A DNA stretch of 59,481 bases from assembly GCA_018376855.1 (NCBI GenBank), contig JAHAAN010000014.1, positions 1 through 59,481 of the forward strand, read 5' to 3'. A program made the position numbers and the translations under genes. The first letter of the stretch is position 1. Each line of letters opens with the position of its first letter. Shown in pieces: positions 58,125-59,481 of the stretch. The notes beneath the pieces are model-generated. The model saw nothing but the letters and a program-made list of their open reading frames with translations, was not told where the DNA came from and did not search any database. The DNA comes from Clostridiales bacterium (GTDB lineage Bacteria > Bacillota > Clostridia > Christensenellales > QALW01).

Positions 58125-59411
58125 TCAATCAAACTTATTTTCGTTAAATTCACTTGCACAAACATCACACCAAATAGTCGCTAAATCATATACATCGTCC
58201 TGCTCAATTTGGGAAAAGTGATCCAACCCGCTGTTATTAATGCAATGCGAACCAGCCGTGCAATACTTCGCGGCTCCTGCGTGCTCTCCATTGTGCGTTG
58301 TTCCGAAATTATGGCTGATTTCATGCTGTATTCTGCGCACACTGCCCATAAAAGTTTCGGAGGTAACATCACTATTCGGTGAAATTTGCACTACAGAATA
58401 ATTCCCATTTACTCCCGCAAGTCCACCAACGCAAGAATCAAATGTAAAAAAGCACGTTTGCATATTATAGCCACGTTCATCGTTCCTAAAATCAAGAGAG
58501 GTTATTATATCATATGTAGTATAACCACATTTGCAAACACTTATATTAGAAGAATGGTCACATGCATGCCCACAGCCAGTATTGCCGCAACTATTCTGCC
58601 CGCTAACCCAAGTACATGTATTAGCAGACAAATCCTGTGCATATATTGTACTCAATCTCGTAGGTTCTGCAATAAGATTGATATTCCATTTCCTTAAATA
58701 TGGTATTTTAGCTCTATCCATCAACTGAGCTATAACCGTTTCCGATTGATTACCAAATGTATTAAAGAAACTGTTATCATATAATACTCTAATATAAACA
58801 TTTTTTAAATTATTAACTGTAATAAGACATTTGGCTTCAACACCACTTTGTATAGATTTTGCTGTAATCGTTGCTGTTCCCGTTGAAATTGCAGTTACTT
58901 TTCCTGCACTAACTGTTGCTACATTTGTATTGCTCGAACTCCACATTATACCCGTAACAGTATTTTCTATCGGTCTTACACTCGCAACAAGATTATATGT
59001 ATCTCCCACTCCCATTATTCTATTATATCGATTTAAAACCACTTGTGTCACCGGCACAATCACCCGAATATTACAAGTAGCAGAAATAGCGGAATTCTTA
59101 ACCGCTCTTGCAGTGATCGTGGCGCTGCCCGTTTTCTTTGCCGTTACCAGTCCGCTGCTGCTGACCTCCGCTACATCCGGATCGCTGGAAGACCACGTTA
59201 CCTGCTGGTCGATCGACGTCGGGTATATGCTCGCGCTGATCTGCTTTGTCTGTCCCACCGTCATATCCGCGCTTGTGGGGCTGATGAGCATTCCGTCCGC
59301 CCCATACCGCACTGCCAAATACGGCAGCTTTGCGGAATCCGCCGTGTAATTCGCAGAAGCAAAGTGGCGGTAATAATTCTCCGTTGCTCTCTCGATACGC
59401 ATTTTAAACAT
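58125..59411 (-). CDS. Two Big_2-like Ig domains plus a Cys-rich metzincin-type zinc metalloprotease domain; no signal peptide (possibly 5'-truncated)
   Basis: Ig-like repeats (MTVGQTKQISASIYP...VTWSSSDPDVAEVSSSGLVTAKKTGSATITA, repeated). HEISHNFGTTH matches HExxHxxGxxH. Low GC. A stop lies 7 codons upstream of the ATG, and no RBS is evident. Confidence 0.6.
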   Translation of the reverse strand: MFKMRIERATENYYRHFASANYTADSAKLPYLAVRYGADGMLISPTSADMTVGQTKQISASIYPTSIDQQVTWSSSDPDVAEVSSSGLVTAKKTGSATITARAVKNSAISATCNIRVIVPVTQVVLNRYNRIMGVGDTYNLVASVRPIENTVTGIMWSSSNTNVATVSAGKVTAISTGTATITAKSIQSGVEAKCLITVNNLKNVYIRVLYDNSFFNTFGNQSETVIAQLMDRAKIPYLRKWNINLIAEPTRLSTIYAQDLSANTCTWVSGQNSCGNTGCGHACDHSSNISVCKCGYTTYDIITSLDFRNDERGYNMQTCFFTFDSCVGGLAGVNGNYSVVQISPNSDVTSETFMGSVRRIQHEISHNFGTTHNGEHAGAAKYCTAGSHCINNSGLDHFSQIEQDDVYDLATIWCDVCASEFNENKFD

Positions 59412-59481
59412 CAGAACTCTGTAAAGGAAGAGTTATTGCATTAAGTTTTATTATTTTTACAACGAAAACTCCTCAAAGCTT

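Overview
About 59.5 kb of chromosome from a fairly high-GC anaerobic Firmicute. Gene content suggests class Clostridia, probably an Oscillospirales/Ruminococcaceae-like organism; that assignment is inference. I found no rRNA, tRNA, CRISPR array, transposase or integrase. The core content is: WYL regulator and GNAT, ispE, hisC, a topoisomerase IV-like parE-parC pair, and CIRCE-controlled groES-groEL. It also holds a PadR/DUF1700-like/DUF4097-like operon, a hydrogen-metabolism block, PduO-type adenosyltransferase, GH10-like hydrolase, citrate synthase, the conserved run glmU-HAD-pth-mfd-prsA, glnS and a CIRCE-associated hsp20. The hydrogen block is a sensory [FeFe]-hydrogenase HydS with a PP2C phosphatase, NfnAB, and a HydCBA bifurcating-type hydrogenase with a small 2Fe-2S protein. 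Lower-GC accessory patches carry the more unusual material. (1) An unlisted 40-aa signal-peptide-like small ORF heads a six-gene ABC/ABC-2-like membrane operon that has its own promoter and terminator. (2) A TasA/SipW-type secreted protein has a leader containing (TCTG)12 and an intrinsic terminator. Upstream of it on the same strand are three separately promoted paralogous surface proteins, two of which share a non-canonical C-terminal sorting-like motif. (3) A protein combines an RNxxxH (HEPN-like) N-terminus with a CBS pair. (4) A riboswitch-like or MITE-like structured leader precedes an AT-rich small gene. (5) An AT-rich, ORF-poor island holds a promoter-driven holin-like-toxin-type micro-ORF. 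The window also has an unusually high density of gene-disrupting lesions. These are a perfect 41-bp tandem duplication splitting hydB, an in-frame NfnA-NfnB fusion that lacks the NfnA C-terminus, a 3'-truncated pth, a GH127-like gene with three frameshifts and an in-frame TAG, and two further in-frame stops. These lesions may be real decay or switching, or they may be assembly error.
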